A stretch of DNA of 64,000 nucleotides, from positions 960,001 to 1,024,000 of the forward strand of contig CAXXYH010000004.1 of the NCBI GenBank assembly GCA_963677925.2. The letters are read 5' to 3'. The notes under the pieces are model-generated. The model had not been told where the DNA came from. It ran no database searches and saw only the letters and a list, made by a program, of their open reading frames with translations. Of this stretch, positions 1-10,600 are shown one piece after another. This stretch comes from Spirochaetia bacterium (GTDB taxonomy: Bacteria > Spirochaetota > Spirochaetia > UBA9216). The position numbers were made by a program, and so were the translations under genes. Every line of letters begins with the position of its first letter. Positions within the stretch are counted from its first letter, which is position 1.

Positions 1-467
1 CTTCAATAAAGTCTATTGCACCTCTCTGTTTTCTTCTCATAACTGCAATGACTTTTGCAAGGGTAATGACACTGGCTCACGCACCCCAGGAACTTGCCAG
101 CTTTCTTTCGAGCGCTTTTTCAAATCCGTATATATTTCTGATTGCCGTCAACATTGTTTTCCTGATTATCGGAATGTTTACAGATGTTGCAGGTGCAATC
201 GCGATAACTGCTCCCATGATGATGCCTGTTATTGCTATGTTCGGTATTGACCCTGTGCATTTTGGTGTTGTGCTGGTTGTTAACCTTTCAATCGGACTTA
301 TCTCACCGCCTATCGGTCTGAACCTGTTTGTAGGTGCATCAATGATTGAATCTCAGCCGTCGGCTGTTACCAGACGAATCATTCCATTCGTTCTGGTCTA
401 CATCGTCGCTCTGATGGTCATCACCTATGTACCTCAGGTTTCACTTATGTTAAGCAAGGTTTTATAG
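1..467 (+). CDS. dctM: TRAP transporter large permease (DctM family), 5'-truncated by the window edge
   Basis: Hydrophobic ORF with the DctM C-terminal motif GIDPVHFGVVLVVNLSIGLISPPIGLNLFV; directly upstream of dctP. Confidence 0.9.
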   Translation, partial: SIKSIAPLCFLLITAMTFARVMTLAHAPQELASFLSSAFSNPYIFLIAVNIVFLIIGMFTDVAGAIAITAPMMMPVIAMFGIDPVHFGVVLVVNLSIGLISPPIGLNLFVGASMIESQPSAVTRRIIPFVLVYIVALMVITYVPQVSLMLSKVL

Positions 468-500
468 GAATAGAACCTTAAAAAATATTAGGAGTGTTTA

Positions 501-1532
501 ATGAAAAATGGAAAGATTTTAGGACTAATCTGTATCCTGACTGTTCTGCTCGCCGGAACAGTACTCGCCGGAGGTTCACAGGAAGCTGCTTCATCTGATG
601 AACCCAAAGTAACTATTATCCTCGGTCACGGATCACCGGATAATTCTTTTGCGAATGAGGGTGCAAATCTCTTAAAGAAACTTGCTGCTGAACGCTCAGC
701 AGGTAAAATTGTGATTGATAACTATCCGGCCTTCCAGCTTGGTAATATTATGGAACTCGACCAGAACGTAAAGGGCGGTTCAATTCAGATGGTTATGGGA
801 ACAATAGGCGGAATGATGTCAAGAAAACTGTCTGCTCTGGACCTTCCCAGTACCTTTAATGATATGGATGCTGCACGAAAGGTTCTGTCGGAAGGCGAAT
901 TCATCAAAATGGTTGATGATGTGCTTGCTGAATCCAACCTCAAGCTGATGAGCGGTGTTATTCCGGTTGGTTACAGAGAGGTTTCCAGTAATAAGGAGAT
1001 CAGAACAGCTGATGATCTTAAAGGTCTTAAGATCAGAACTATGGAACACCCGCTTCATATGGCATACTGGAAGGCTCTTGGAGCTAATCCTACTCCTATT
1101 GCTTTCAGCGAACTATATGTCGGACTTCAGCAGGGGCTTGTTGAAGCTCAGGAAAATCCGTTTGATACAATTCTCTCAAGCAAGATCTACGAACAGCAGA
1201 AATATATTGTACTGACACATCATGTAATGTTCTGCAGCGGTTATGTAATGAATCTGGATTTCTATAACAGCCTTCCTGCTGAATACCAGCAGATTCTGAA
1301 AGACGTATTTGTTGAAGTTGATAAATATGTTTATGAAAATTCAATCAGGGTTAATGCAGAATCGCTTGCAAAGCTTCAGGCTGAAGGTCTTGAAGTTATT
1401 GAGTTCAGCGATGCTGATTATGCAAAGATGGCCGAGGCTGCGAAACCTGTAATCGAAATGGTAAGAAAAGATTCAGGCGATCTGATGGTTGATACTCTTC
1501 TCAAGGAACTTGCAGAAGCATCTTCCAAATAA
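501..1532 (+). CDS. dctP: TRAP transporter substrate-binding protein (DctP family)
   Basis: Signal peptide ending LAGGSQE; motifs DLKGLKIRTM, LGANPTPIAFSELYVGLQQGLVEAQENP; RBS AGGAG. Confidence 0.92.
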   Translation: MKNGKILGLICILTVLLAGTVLAGGSQEAASSDEPKVTIILGHGSPDNSFANEGANLLKKLAAERSAGKIVIDNYPAFQLGNIMELDQNVKGGSIQMVMGTIGGMMSRKLSALDLPSTFNDMDAARKVLSEGEFIKMVDDVLAESNLKLMSGVIPVGYREVSSNKEIRTADDLKGLKIRTMEHPLHMAYWKALGANPTPIAFSELYVGLQQGLVEAQENPFDTILSSKIYEQQKYIVLTHHVMFCSGYVMNLDFYNSLPAEYQQILKDVFVEVDKYVYENSIRVNAESLAKLQAEGLEVIEFSDADYAKMAEAAKPVIEMVRKDSGDLMVDTLLKELAEASSK

Positions 1533-1545
1533 ACAGTTTTTAACT

Positions 1546-1592
1546 AAAAGCCCCGGACTTTGTTTTAGGACGTGAAGGTCCGGGGCTTTTTT
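1546..1592. terminator. Bidirectional intrinsic terminator
   Basis: AAAAGCCCCGGAC...GTCCGGGGCTTTT(TT) inverted repeat between convergent genes. Confidence 0.85.
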
Positions 1593-2050
1593 TATCCAAC
1601 CATATAAAAGCTGATACGCACCTTATCCGGAAGCCGTTCACCGCTGCATATAAAATGATTATTTTTCAGCCACATATATTTTTCATCGTATACCTCAAAA
1701 ACAGGTGTTGTTCTGAAATAGTACAATGAAGGATCGATGAACCCGCCATTCAGGACTTTTTCTGCATACTCTTTCGGTACGGTTCTTATGCCGTTATTTT
1801 CTATATATACTCCGCAGCCGTCATCAAATTTCAGGGCATATCTGGCTGAGAGTTCACATCTGCCGTCAGGCCGGATTATCTGACTGTCTACTCCGCCCGG
1901 CAGAACAATTCCTTTAATTTCCGGACCTTCAACTGTTCCGGCGCCAATAGGTATTAGCTGTCTCCTGCCTGAAATCGAATCCTGACCTACGAGTATCGGA
2001 GCTTCAACCTCGACCTCAACCTTGAAAATAAATTTTGATTCTAATGACAT
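1592..2050 (-). CDS. DUF3237 family beta-barrel protein
   Basis: Pattern G.R..IPI.GGTVEGP.I.G.VLPGG.D.Q.IRPDG..EL.ARY.L..DDG..VYIEN.G.R and YFRTTP.FE. Confidence 0.85.
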   Translation of the reverse strand: MSLESKFIFKVEVEVEAPILVGQDSISGRRQLIPIGAGTVEGPEIKGIVLPGGVDSQIIRPDGRCELSARYALKFDDGCGVYIENNGIRTVPKEYAEKVLNGGFIDPSLYYFRTTPVFEVYDEKYMWLKNNHFICSGERLPDKVRISFYMVG

Positions 2051-2181
2051 ACTCTTTCATCCTCCTCCGGGTAAAATATTTTAACACAATACCTTTTTTG
2101 TGCGAATTAGATATTTGAAGATTAGTAATTTAATAGTATAATTTACTTATAATATAAATATAATTATATAAGGAGACTTCA

Positions 2182-3333
2182 ATGAGAAAGAAACCCGAAT
2201 TTAATACAGATTTACTAAGTGAACTGATGAAGAGAGAAGGCCTCGATCTTATTCTTGTTTCCTCCAGGCATAACGTAAGATATCTTACCGGCGGATACTT
2301 TTATCCGCTATTCGTCTGGGATACGCATACCCGTGAAACCCAGTACCTGCCTTATATTGTTATTCCGGGAGCCGGACTTTCAAACGCTTTTTTCGTCGGA
2401 CGTCCCGGAGAAAAGGAAGTAAGCGCTGAATCGGATATCTGGCTTGAAGATTGTGTGGAAAGCCCGAAACTTAATTCAATTTCAGCCTCAGAAACTGCTG
2501 CAAGTGAAATCAAGTCACGTGGACTGGAGTCCGGCAGGGTTGGTGTTGAGATGACAGCTCTTCCTGCTGATGCCTACATATGCCTTAAAAATGAGTTTCC
2601 TCAGGCTGAATTTGTCGATATTACCGGCATGATGGATACCCTGCGGGCGGTAAAATCAGAAAAGGAAATTGAAATAATCAGGCAGGGAACATTGCTCAAT
2701 CTGAAAGGTGTGAATGAATGCCTTGCCGCTGCAGCCCCGGGCATGACAACTATGGATCTTGCTGACATTCTCAAGAAAAAGTTCTCTGAATCCGGACTTC
2801 ATTTTCTGTATGCCCTTGTATGCGCGGGGCCGGAAATGTTCCGGGCGGCTTCTTTGAAAAGGACTTTCAAGGAGGGACATATCCTGCATATAGACACAGG
2901 GGCAATGCTTGGTAACGGATGTATAGCCGAGACCTGCCGTACCGGCCACATTGGAAAACCGACTGCAGAGGCTGAGAAGCTTCTCGGACTTTGTGACGGA
3001 CTGGAGAAGCACATGCTTGATTACCTTGTTCCAGGTGCTGCAGTTTCAGAGATTCAGCTTGAAGCTGATTCTTTTATTGAAAGAACATCTCCGGGGCTGA
3101 ACGGAAAGTTTATAGCGCACGGCATAGGCATGGTTCATCACGAAAAACCGGTGGTCAGCCGCAGCTCATCTGAGAGCCTTCTTGAAGGAATGGTGCTTTC
3201 TCTTGAGATGGAGTATAAGACAAAAGAAACAGGTCATGTTAAGATTGAGGATATGGTTGTCATCAGAAAGGATATTCCCGAAATTATGAGCCCTGACGGC
3301 GGAAAGTGGGTGATAGGAGGAGCTGAAGCCTGA
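2182..3333 (+). CDS. M24 family (Xaa-Pro peptidase/creatinase-like) metallohydrolase
   Basis: Creatinase_N-like N-terminus (HNVRYLTG), LRAVKSEKEIEIIR, HGIG, KIEDMVVI pita-bread fold motifs. Confidence 0.8.
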   Translation: MRKKPEFNTDLLSELMKREGLDLILVSSRHNVRYLTGGYFYPLFVWDTHTRETQYLPYIVIPGAGLSNAFFVGRPGEKEVSAESDIWLEDCVESPKLNSISASETAASEIKSRGLESGRVGVEMTALPADAYICLKNEFPQAEFVDITGMMDTLRAVKSEKEIEIIRQGTLLNLKGVNECLAAAAPGMTTMDLADILKKKFSESGLHFLYALVCAGPEMFRAASLKRTFKEGHILHIDTGAMLGNGCIAETCRTGHIGKPTAEAEKLLGLCDGLEKHMLDYLVPGAAVSEIQLEADSFIERTSPGLNGKFIAHGIGMVHHEKPVVSRSSSESLLEGMVLSLEMEYKTKETGHVKIEDMVVIRKDIPEIMSPDGGKWVIGGAEA

Positions 3334-3334
3334 G

Positions 3335-3553
3335 ATGATTACAGTAAATATCCATGCGCCGATGAACAAAAAAATCAAATCAGGTGCCTGTCGGATTGAC
3401 GAGGGCACTGATATCCGCTCCCTGCTGAAAAAACTCGGTCAACCCTCAACAGAGGATTATCTTTTTGTAGTAAACGGAACAAATGTCCCTGAAGATACAG
3501 TGCTTTCCGATAACGATAAACTCAGTATATTTACTCTTCTCGACGGAGGCTGA
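3335..3553 (+). CDS. MoaD/ThiS family ubiquitin-like sulfur carrier
   Basis: 72 aa, FVVNG...L.D.D.LSIF motif and C-terminal Gly-Gly; starts 1 bp after the M24 stop. Confidence 0.85.
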   Translation: MITVNIHAPMNKKIKSGACRIDEGTDIRSLLKKLGQPSTEDYLFVVNGTNVPEDTVLSDNDKLSIFTLLDGG

Positions 3554-3603
3554 ACTTCGTCATCATTTATCAGCTCTGTTTATTATTCTTTTAAATCAAT
3601 ATA

Positions 3604-4578
3604 ATGATTGGAATGAACAGGAAAAAGTTAATCTTTCCGGCTCTAGTAATCCTCGCAATAGTTAACTTCAGTGCTGCCGTTGCGGGTATAATTATTGTTT
3701 TTATCATCTACATCCTCAATATTTTACGGGCCAGACTTCCCATCGATCCCGGAGGCGAAAACCATCCAGAAACACTTATATATAAAAAGGCTGAAGATGT
3801 GGAGCTTAAACTCGATCTCTGGTCGCCTCCGGAGAAAAACCGTATTCCCGCACTTGTTGTTTTTGCGCACGGCGGAGGCTGGATTAGCGGCTTCAGAAAT
3901 CAGCCGAATAATGTATCCTGGTGCAGGTTTTTATCCTCCCGCGGATTCACTGTGGCCTCTATAGATTACAGGCTCGGATTTAAATACAGAATGTCAGATA
4001 TCCTTGAAGATTATTCTGATGCCGTATACTTCATCAGAGACAAATTTGCCGGCGATGAAGCTTCAGGCAATATCATCCTTATGGGCTTGTCTGCAGGCGG
4101 GCACCTGGCACTGAGTTATGCGGCTTATAATACCTCGCAGAAAAACCATCAGGCAATGAGAGGAATCCTGTCGGTGATAGCCTACTATGCGCCGTCGGAT
4201 CTTAAAGATCTTTATGCTCCCGATGATAAGTCTCTGTTTGTCCGTTTTGCAGCCGGAAGTACGCTTAAGGCCCTGCCTTCCTTTGATGAAGAAGCATATA
4301 TCAGGTATTCTCCTGTAACCTGGCTTTCCCGTGACATGGTTCCTGTCCTGGCGGTTCACGGGATGAAGGATGAAACTGTTCCGTTCCGTTCATCGCTCAC
4401 GCTTGTTCGGAGACTTAAAGAACTGGGCGTACACTGCAGACTGCTTGAACATAAAAACGGCGGACACTGTTTTGAGGTAAAATTACGTGATATCCGTACA
4501 ACACAGATACTAGAACAGACTTTAAGGTTTATCAGAATCCAGCTTAAAAATAATGTAAAAAACAATACATCCGGCTGA
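3604..4578 (+). CDS. Membrane-anchored alpha/beta hydrolase (HSL-like esterase)
   Basis: N-terminal hydrophobic segment, HGGGW oxyanion hole, GLSAGG nucleophile elbow, HGMKDETVP (Asp) and GGHCF (His). Confidence 0.88.
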   Translation: MIGMNRKKLIFPALVILAIVNFSAAVAGIIIVFIIYILNILRARLPIDPGGENHPETLIYKKAEDVELKLDLWSPPEKNRIPALVVFAHGGGWISGFRNQPNNVSWCRFLSSRGFTVASIDYRLGFKYRMSDILEDYSDAVYFIRDKFAGDEASGNIILMGLSAGGHLALSYAAYNTSQKNHQAMRGILSVIAYYAPSDLKDLYAPDDKSLFVRFAAGSTLKALPSFDEEAYIRYSPVTWLSRDMVPVLAVHGMKDETVPFRSSLTLVRRLKELGVHCRLLEHKNGGHCFEVKLRDIRTTQILEQTLRFIRIQLKNNVKNNTSG

Positions 4579-4645
4579 AGTGAAAGATTTAACGTTACTG
4601 CTGAAAATCTTCGATATATAAAAAGTAATGTCACATAAATCTTAA

Positions 4646-4656
4646 TGTGGTATATT
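4646..4656 (+). promoter_or_regulatory. Possible extended -10 promoter (TGTGGTATATT) just before the ATG at 4666
   Basis: TG-n-TATATT ends 9 bp before the likely start ATG; no SD sequence visible. Confidence 0.4.
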
Positions 4657-4665
4657 TTTAAAGAT

Positions 4666-7600
4666 ATGCTGTTCAACCGAAAGAGAATAAAATTACTACT
4701 ATTAACCTCTATATTTAGTATCTGTTTCATAGCCTTTCTATCAGCGGTACCGAATATACAGACAACGGATATGACTATCTCCGGAGCTTCCGGCACAGGA
4801 AGTGTATTTATTACAGGAGATACTATTGTTGTAGAATGGGATAGTACAAATAGTCCTCAAAACTATGCGCCTCCGGCCTCAAATGACATCACCGCTGTAA
4901 GCGTAGATTTTTCTCAGTTCGGCGGAGGTGCTGCTGTTGCTGCAGTTGATGACGGCAGCGGTGATGACACAGCTTCGGGTGACGGTATATGGACAGCTTC
5001 CTATACAATAGTCGCAGGCGCCATAGACAGCGCAGCAGTAAGAATAACAGTTACAGCAACTAACCTGGATGGTACAACTGGACCGGTAGATAACGGTGCC
5101 GATCTTTCCTGTGACAATCAGTCTCCCGCAGTGACCGACGGTAATTTAAGCATAAGCGGAGCTACCGGCACAGGCAGCGTCTTTATATCAGGAGATACCG
5201 TAACAGTAACCTGGAACAATACCGCAGGAGGCGATAATAACGGTGATATCAGCTCTGCGACTGCCGATTTTACAGAGTTCGGAGGCGGGGCTGCGGTTGC
5301 CATGGCTAATGCAGCTGAAACCTGGACAGCAGGTTATGCCCTGCTGGACGGGATCGATACCTCCAATCTGAATGTAAGTATTACAGCAACCGATGATGCA
5401 GGAAACACAACAACAGTTGCAGATACGAGCAATGCTGATGTTGATACAACTGCACCCGCAGGATATACGGTTGCTATTGCTGATGTTGACGGATATATCA
5501 ATGCCTCAGAGGTTGCAAGCCTGGACTTTGATTTCACAGGTGCTGAAGTAGGAGCAGATTACAGCTACACATACACAAGCAGCGGCGGAGGCGGACCTGT
5601 AACCGGCAGCGGAACAATCGCCACAGCAACCGACACCATAAATGATGATTTAAGCACCCTCAATGACGGTACAATAACGCTGACGGTCGCCTTGACTGAT
5701 CCGGCCGGAAACACCGGTGCGGATGCCACCGACACAAGCGTGCTTGATACTGCAGCACCCGGAGCATTTACAGCGGGGACAGTGACTGCTACCGGCGGAA
5801 CAGTTACCGCAAACTACTGGAACTCTACAAATACCGGAATAACCGTAACAATTCCGATAGCAAATGATACAAGCCTCAGCGGCGGAACAGTGCAGCTGCA
5901 GGGCTTTGCGACAGGCGGAGCCTGGGAGAATCTTGCAGGCGCTATAGCAATCGGCGGCGGAGATATAAATACAAACAAGGATCATACAGCAACAGCGGCT
6001 GAGCTGGAAGCTCTTTCCGGTTTCGGCGAAGGCGACACAGTACAGCTTCGTGCGGTTATTACCGATGTCGCCGGAAACTCAACAACCGGCACCGCAAGTG
6101 CAACAACACTTACTGTAGATCAAACCGTACCCGCCGGATATACGGTTGCGATTGCTGATGTTGACGGATATATCAATACCTCAGAAGTTGCAAGCCTGGA
6201 CTTTGATTTCACAGGAGCTGAAGTAGGAGCAGATTACAGCTACACATACAGCAGTGGCGGCGGAGGCGGGCCTGTAACCGGCAGCGGAACGATAGCTACA
6301 GCAACCGATACCATAAATGATGATCTAAGTGCTCTCAATGACGGAACTGTAACTCTGACTGTTGCCCTGACTGATCCGGCCGGAAACACCGGTGCGGATG
6401 CCACCGACACAAGCGAGCTTGATACTGCAGCACCCGGAGCATTTACAGCCGGAGCAGTGACTGCCACCGGCGGAACAGTTACCGCAAACTACTGGAACTC
6501 AACAAATACAGGAATAACCGTAACCATCCCGATAGCGAATGATGCAAGCCTCAGCGGCGGAACAGTGCAGCTGCAGGGCTTTGCGACAGGCGGAGCCTGG
6601 GAGAACCTTGCCGGAGCCATTGCCATAGGTGGCGGAGATATAAATTCAAACAAGGATCATACTGCAACAGCTGTACAGCTGGAGGCTCTTACGAACTTTG
6701 GTGAAGGCGACACGGTCCAGCTCCGCGCGGTTATTACCGATGTTGCCGGAAACTCAACAACCGGCAGTGCAAGTGCAACAACGCTGACTGTAGATCAAAT
6801 TGTACCGACAGCATTCACTGCCGGAGCTGTAACCGCAACCGGCGGAACAGTTACCGCAAACTACTGGAACTCAACCAATACGGGATTAACCGTTACCATC
6901 CCGATAGCAAATGATGCAAGCCTCAGCGGCGGAACAGTGCAGCTGCAGGGCTTTGCGACAGGCGGAGCCTGGGAGAATCTTGCAGGCGCTATAGCAATCG
7001 GCGGCGGAGATATAAATACAAACAAGGATCATACAGCAACAGCGGCAGAGCTGGAAGCTCTTTCCGGTTTCGGTGAAGGCGACACAGTCCAGCTCCGTGC
7101 GGTTATTACCGATATTGCCGGAAACTCAACAACCGGCAGTACGAGTGCGACAACGCTTACTGTTGATCAGGTTCTGCCGACTCTTGCTCCCGTACATATT
7201 CAGTCTGATAATGCTGATACCGCAACCGCCAAGATCCAGGATACAATTACTCTTACATTCACATCGTCTGAAACGCTGTCTGCCCTGCCTGTCGTTACCG
7301 TAACAAGTCTGTTGAGGGCGGCAACTGAATCGTCACTCGGCGGCGACGATTATCAGGCTGATTACCAGCTTCTGCCGGCAGACAGAACAATCGCAGAAGC
7401 AGCCGTTACATTCACTATAGATTTCAGTGATACTGCGGGTAATGCAGGAACACAGGTTACAGCAGTGACAGATGCTTCATCAGTTACTTTTTACCGTGAA
7501 TGCAACTGGGGGGGATCTTCCGGCGGAGGCTGGTCCGTAGCCGGAAACTGGGTTGAGGGCTATGTTCCGGCAGCGGCTGATGATGTTGTAATAGCATCCG

Positions 7601-10600
7601 GCTATCCGGTGCTTTCTGTTGATTCTTCAGGTGAGGATGTAATAGTTTCCGCAGGCGCTGAACTCTGGACCGGTACAAATAACCTCAGCATCAGCTCTAT
7701 TGATCTTCAGGGTACAGCAATCCTGCGCAGATCAGGCGGGACAAATGTTTCCGCTACCGATACAGACAGCGGTACGGTCAGGTATACAGGCGGAGGCGCA
7801 GTTCAGGAATACGGTGTCACCGATTACTTTGATCTTGAATTAAATGCAGCTGCCGCATTTACAGTTGGAACAAGTCTTACTACAGCTGATAACCTGATAA
7901 TTACAAACTCCACCGGTGTTGATTTCGGTGCAGGCGTAACAGTTACATCAGGTTCTAATCAGATAGATATAATCTCTTCAACCGGTACAATCCGTTTTAG
8001 GGAGGCTCTGACTGTTGATAATCTCAATGTGGGAGCTGCTGGATATTCAGTCAGAATGGACAGCGGATGTACAATAACCAACGCTGTTAATTTTCAGAAT
8101 ACAACAAGTGTAATACTTTCCGGTACATGCAATTTTAACGGCGGAATGTCAACAGGCACGTCATTGACGCTCAATGGTGATATTATAACTACTGCTGACA
8201 ATGTTTCGGTTGCGGGTATAAGTCTCACCGGAGCCAGCAGTATCGATACCGGAGCTGCCGGCGGAAATATTCAGATTTCCGGATCTGTTGCCGGCTCAGG
8301 GGCAAATCGTGATTTTACAATTGATGCCGGTACCGGCAGTGTCACTCTCGGCGGAGTACTGACCACAAATATTAATAATCTTATAATCACCGGTACAGGA
8401 GCCGGTATTGCCCTTCCGGCTGTCACGACTGCCGGCGGGCTTACCTGTACTGTCGGAGGAGATATAACCCAGGGAGCAGCCCTGAGCATAAGCGGAGCCG
8501 CTGCTTTTGAAGCCGGAGCCGGAAATGATATTACTCTTATAAACGGCAGTAATGCATTTAATACACTTACTTTCACAAATTCAGCAAATGTAAACATTAG
8601 CGAACCCGCTGCATTTACAGTTGGTGCGGGGGCTTCTGCCTACTCAGGAACTCTTACTCTGAATGCAGGAACTGCATTAACTGTCAGCGGAAATATCACG
8701 GGTTCAGGAGCCGGCACAGTCAGCCTTACCGCCGGAACCGGCGCGATGATCATTAATGACGGCGCTGCAGTTGATGCCGGAAGCGGCACAATTACTGTAA
8801 GTACTGGTACCGATCTTACTCTGGGAAGACTTGTTACAACCAGTGCCGGAGCCCCTGCAATTGACATGACAGTCGGCGGTGAGGTTATAGACGGCGGTGA
8901 TACCGGCGGAAGTGATATAGCTGCAGGCGGAGAACTTCAGATCAATGCTTTGGACGGAATAGGCAGCAGCGGTGCAAACGGTGCGGTTGAGACAGATGTT
9001 GTTTCGCTTGACCTGTCACTCAGCGCCGCCGGTGATATAGATATCATCGAAAACAACGATGTTCTGATTATAGATATTACCGCAGCAAACGGCAATGTAA
9101 CGCTGACAGGCGGCGGGGCGATTACCGTAAATGCTAATGATGCTGTGGCCGATGTTAGTGGAAATACCATAAGTCTGAGCTCAAACGGAGATATCGGAAC
9201 CGCAGCCTCCAGTATCGAGCTTGATATATCAACGGCCCTGAATGCCGATTCAACTTCTGCAAACGGAGATATATACCTTGATTCTCTCGGGGCGTTTCCG
9301 GTCGGCTTGATTGATGCCGGAACCGGAGATGTTGAGGTGACAGCGACCGGCGGTATTACGGATGCGGCCGGAGATGCAGCAGCAGATATAGCTGCAAACA
9401 TATTATGGGTTAATGCCCCGGCATCCTTTGCGCTTGATACTTCTGTTACGGTTATCAGAGGTACAGTCACTGGAAGCTTTACGGTGGATGAAGTGAGTGC
9501 GATACAGCTTGGCAATGCCGCAGGCGGTATTTCAAGCGGAACAGGTGCTTTAAGTATTGAAGCTGACGGATCTATTACCACCGGAAATGCCGTATCAAGC
9601 GGCGCCAATCAGAACCTTACACTCACAACAACGGGGAATGGCGATACGATTACTCTGGGACACGCTGTCAGTGCCGGCGGATCCGGTATTGTGGACATCA
9701 ATTCCGGGGATGATTTCACCCTTAATGACGGCATAGTTCTTGGCAGCGGTACCGGAAATATTACCGTGGATACATTAAACGGAGGGGTTCTGACTGTAAA
9801 CGGGAGTATTACAACTGCCGGTGCAGGTACGATCAATCTCACCTCTGTTGATGCGGTAGTAATGGATACAACATCGCTTATCCAGACTGTGAACGGGCAG
9901 ATAGATGTAAGCGCCGGAGCAACCGGATTAACTGTCGATGTAATTGAGGCTGCCGGAGGTTCTGCCGCTATCAACCTCACAGCTGTCGGCAGCGCTATAG
10001 AGGAAGCTGATAATACAGCCCTTATAGGAGCCGCAGGGAGCACAACCGTTCTTACATTAAGTGCCGGAACAGATATAGGGGCAGGCAGCGCCCTTAATAC
10101 CAACGTTGGAACCCTGGTTGCTTCTGCCGGAGGCATTCTAAGCATCAATGAATCCACGGCGATTATTCTGGGTGCGGGAAGCGGGGTAAGCAGCAGCGGA
10201 GGTGATGTAACTATACAGGCGGCCGGAGCAATGACAACCGGCAACAGCATTACGACGACCGGCGCAAACGGAGCAATAACGCTGACGAGCACCGGAACAA
10301 ATCCCATTACGCTCAGCAATACCGTAACAGCCAATGGTTCGGGTAATATTGATATCAACTCATCATCAGCATTTACACTTGCTGACGGTGTTGTCATGAG
10401 CAGTACAAGCGGTGACCTGACAGTAGATACAACCGGTGCAAACGCTTTACTGATATATGGAAACATCACAACAGGATTGACCGGAACTATAGATATAACC
10501 GGAACAGATGCTGTTACGATGGATGCGTCATCGCTTATCCAGACCGCAGCCGGCCAGATCGATATAAGTGCCGGTGCAAATGGTTTGACGGTGGATGTCG

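Noticed and set aside
5443-7164. Repeats as a CRISPR array or DGR template/variable pair
   Set aside because: Units are 303/372 bp, in frame and without spacers; differences are not adenine-specific; no cas or reverse transcriptase gene is present
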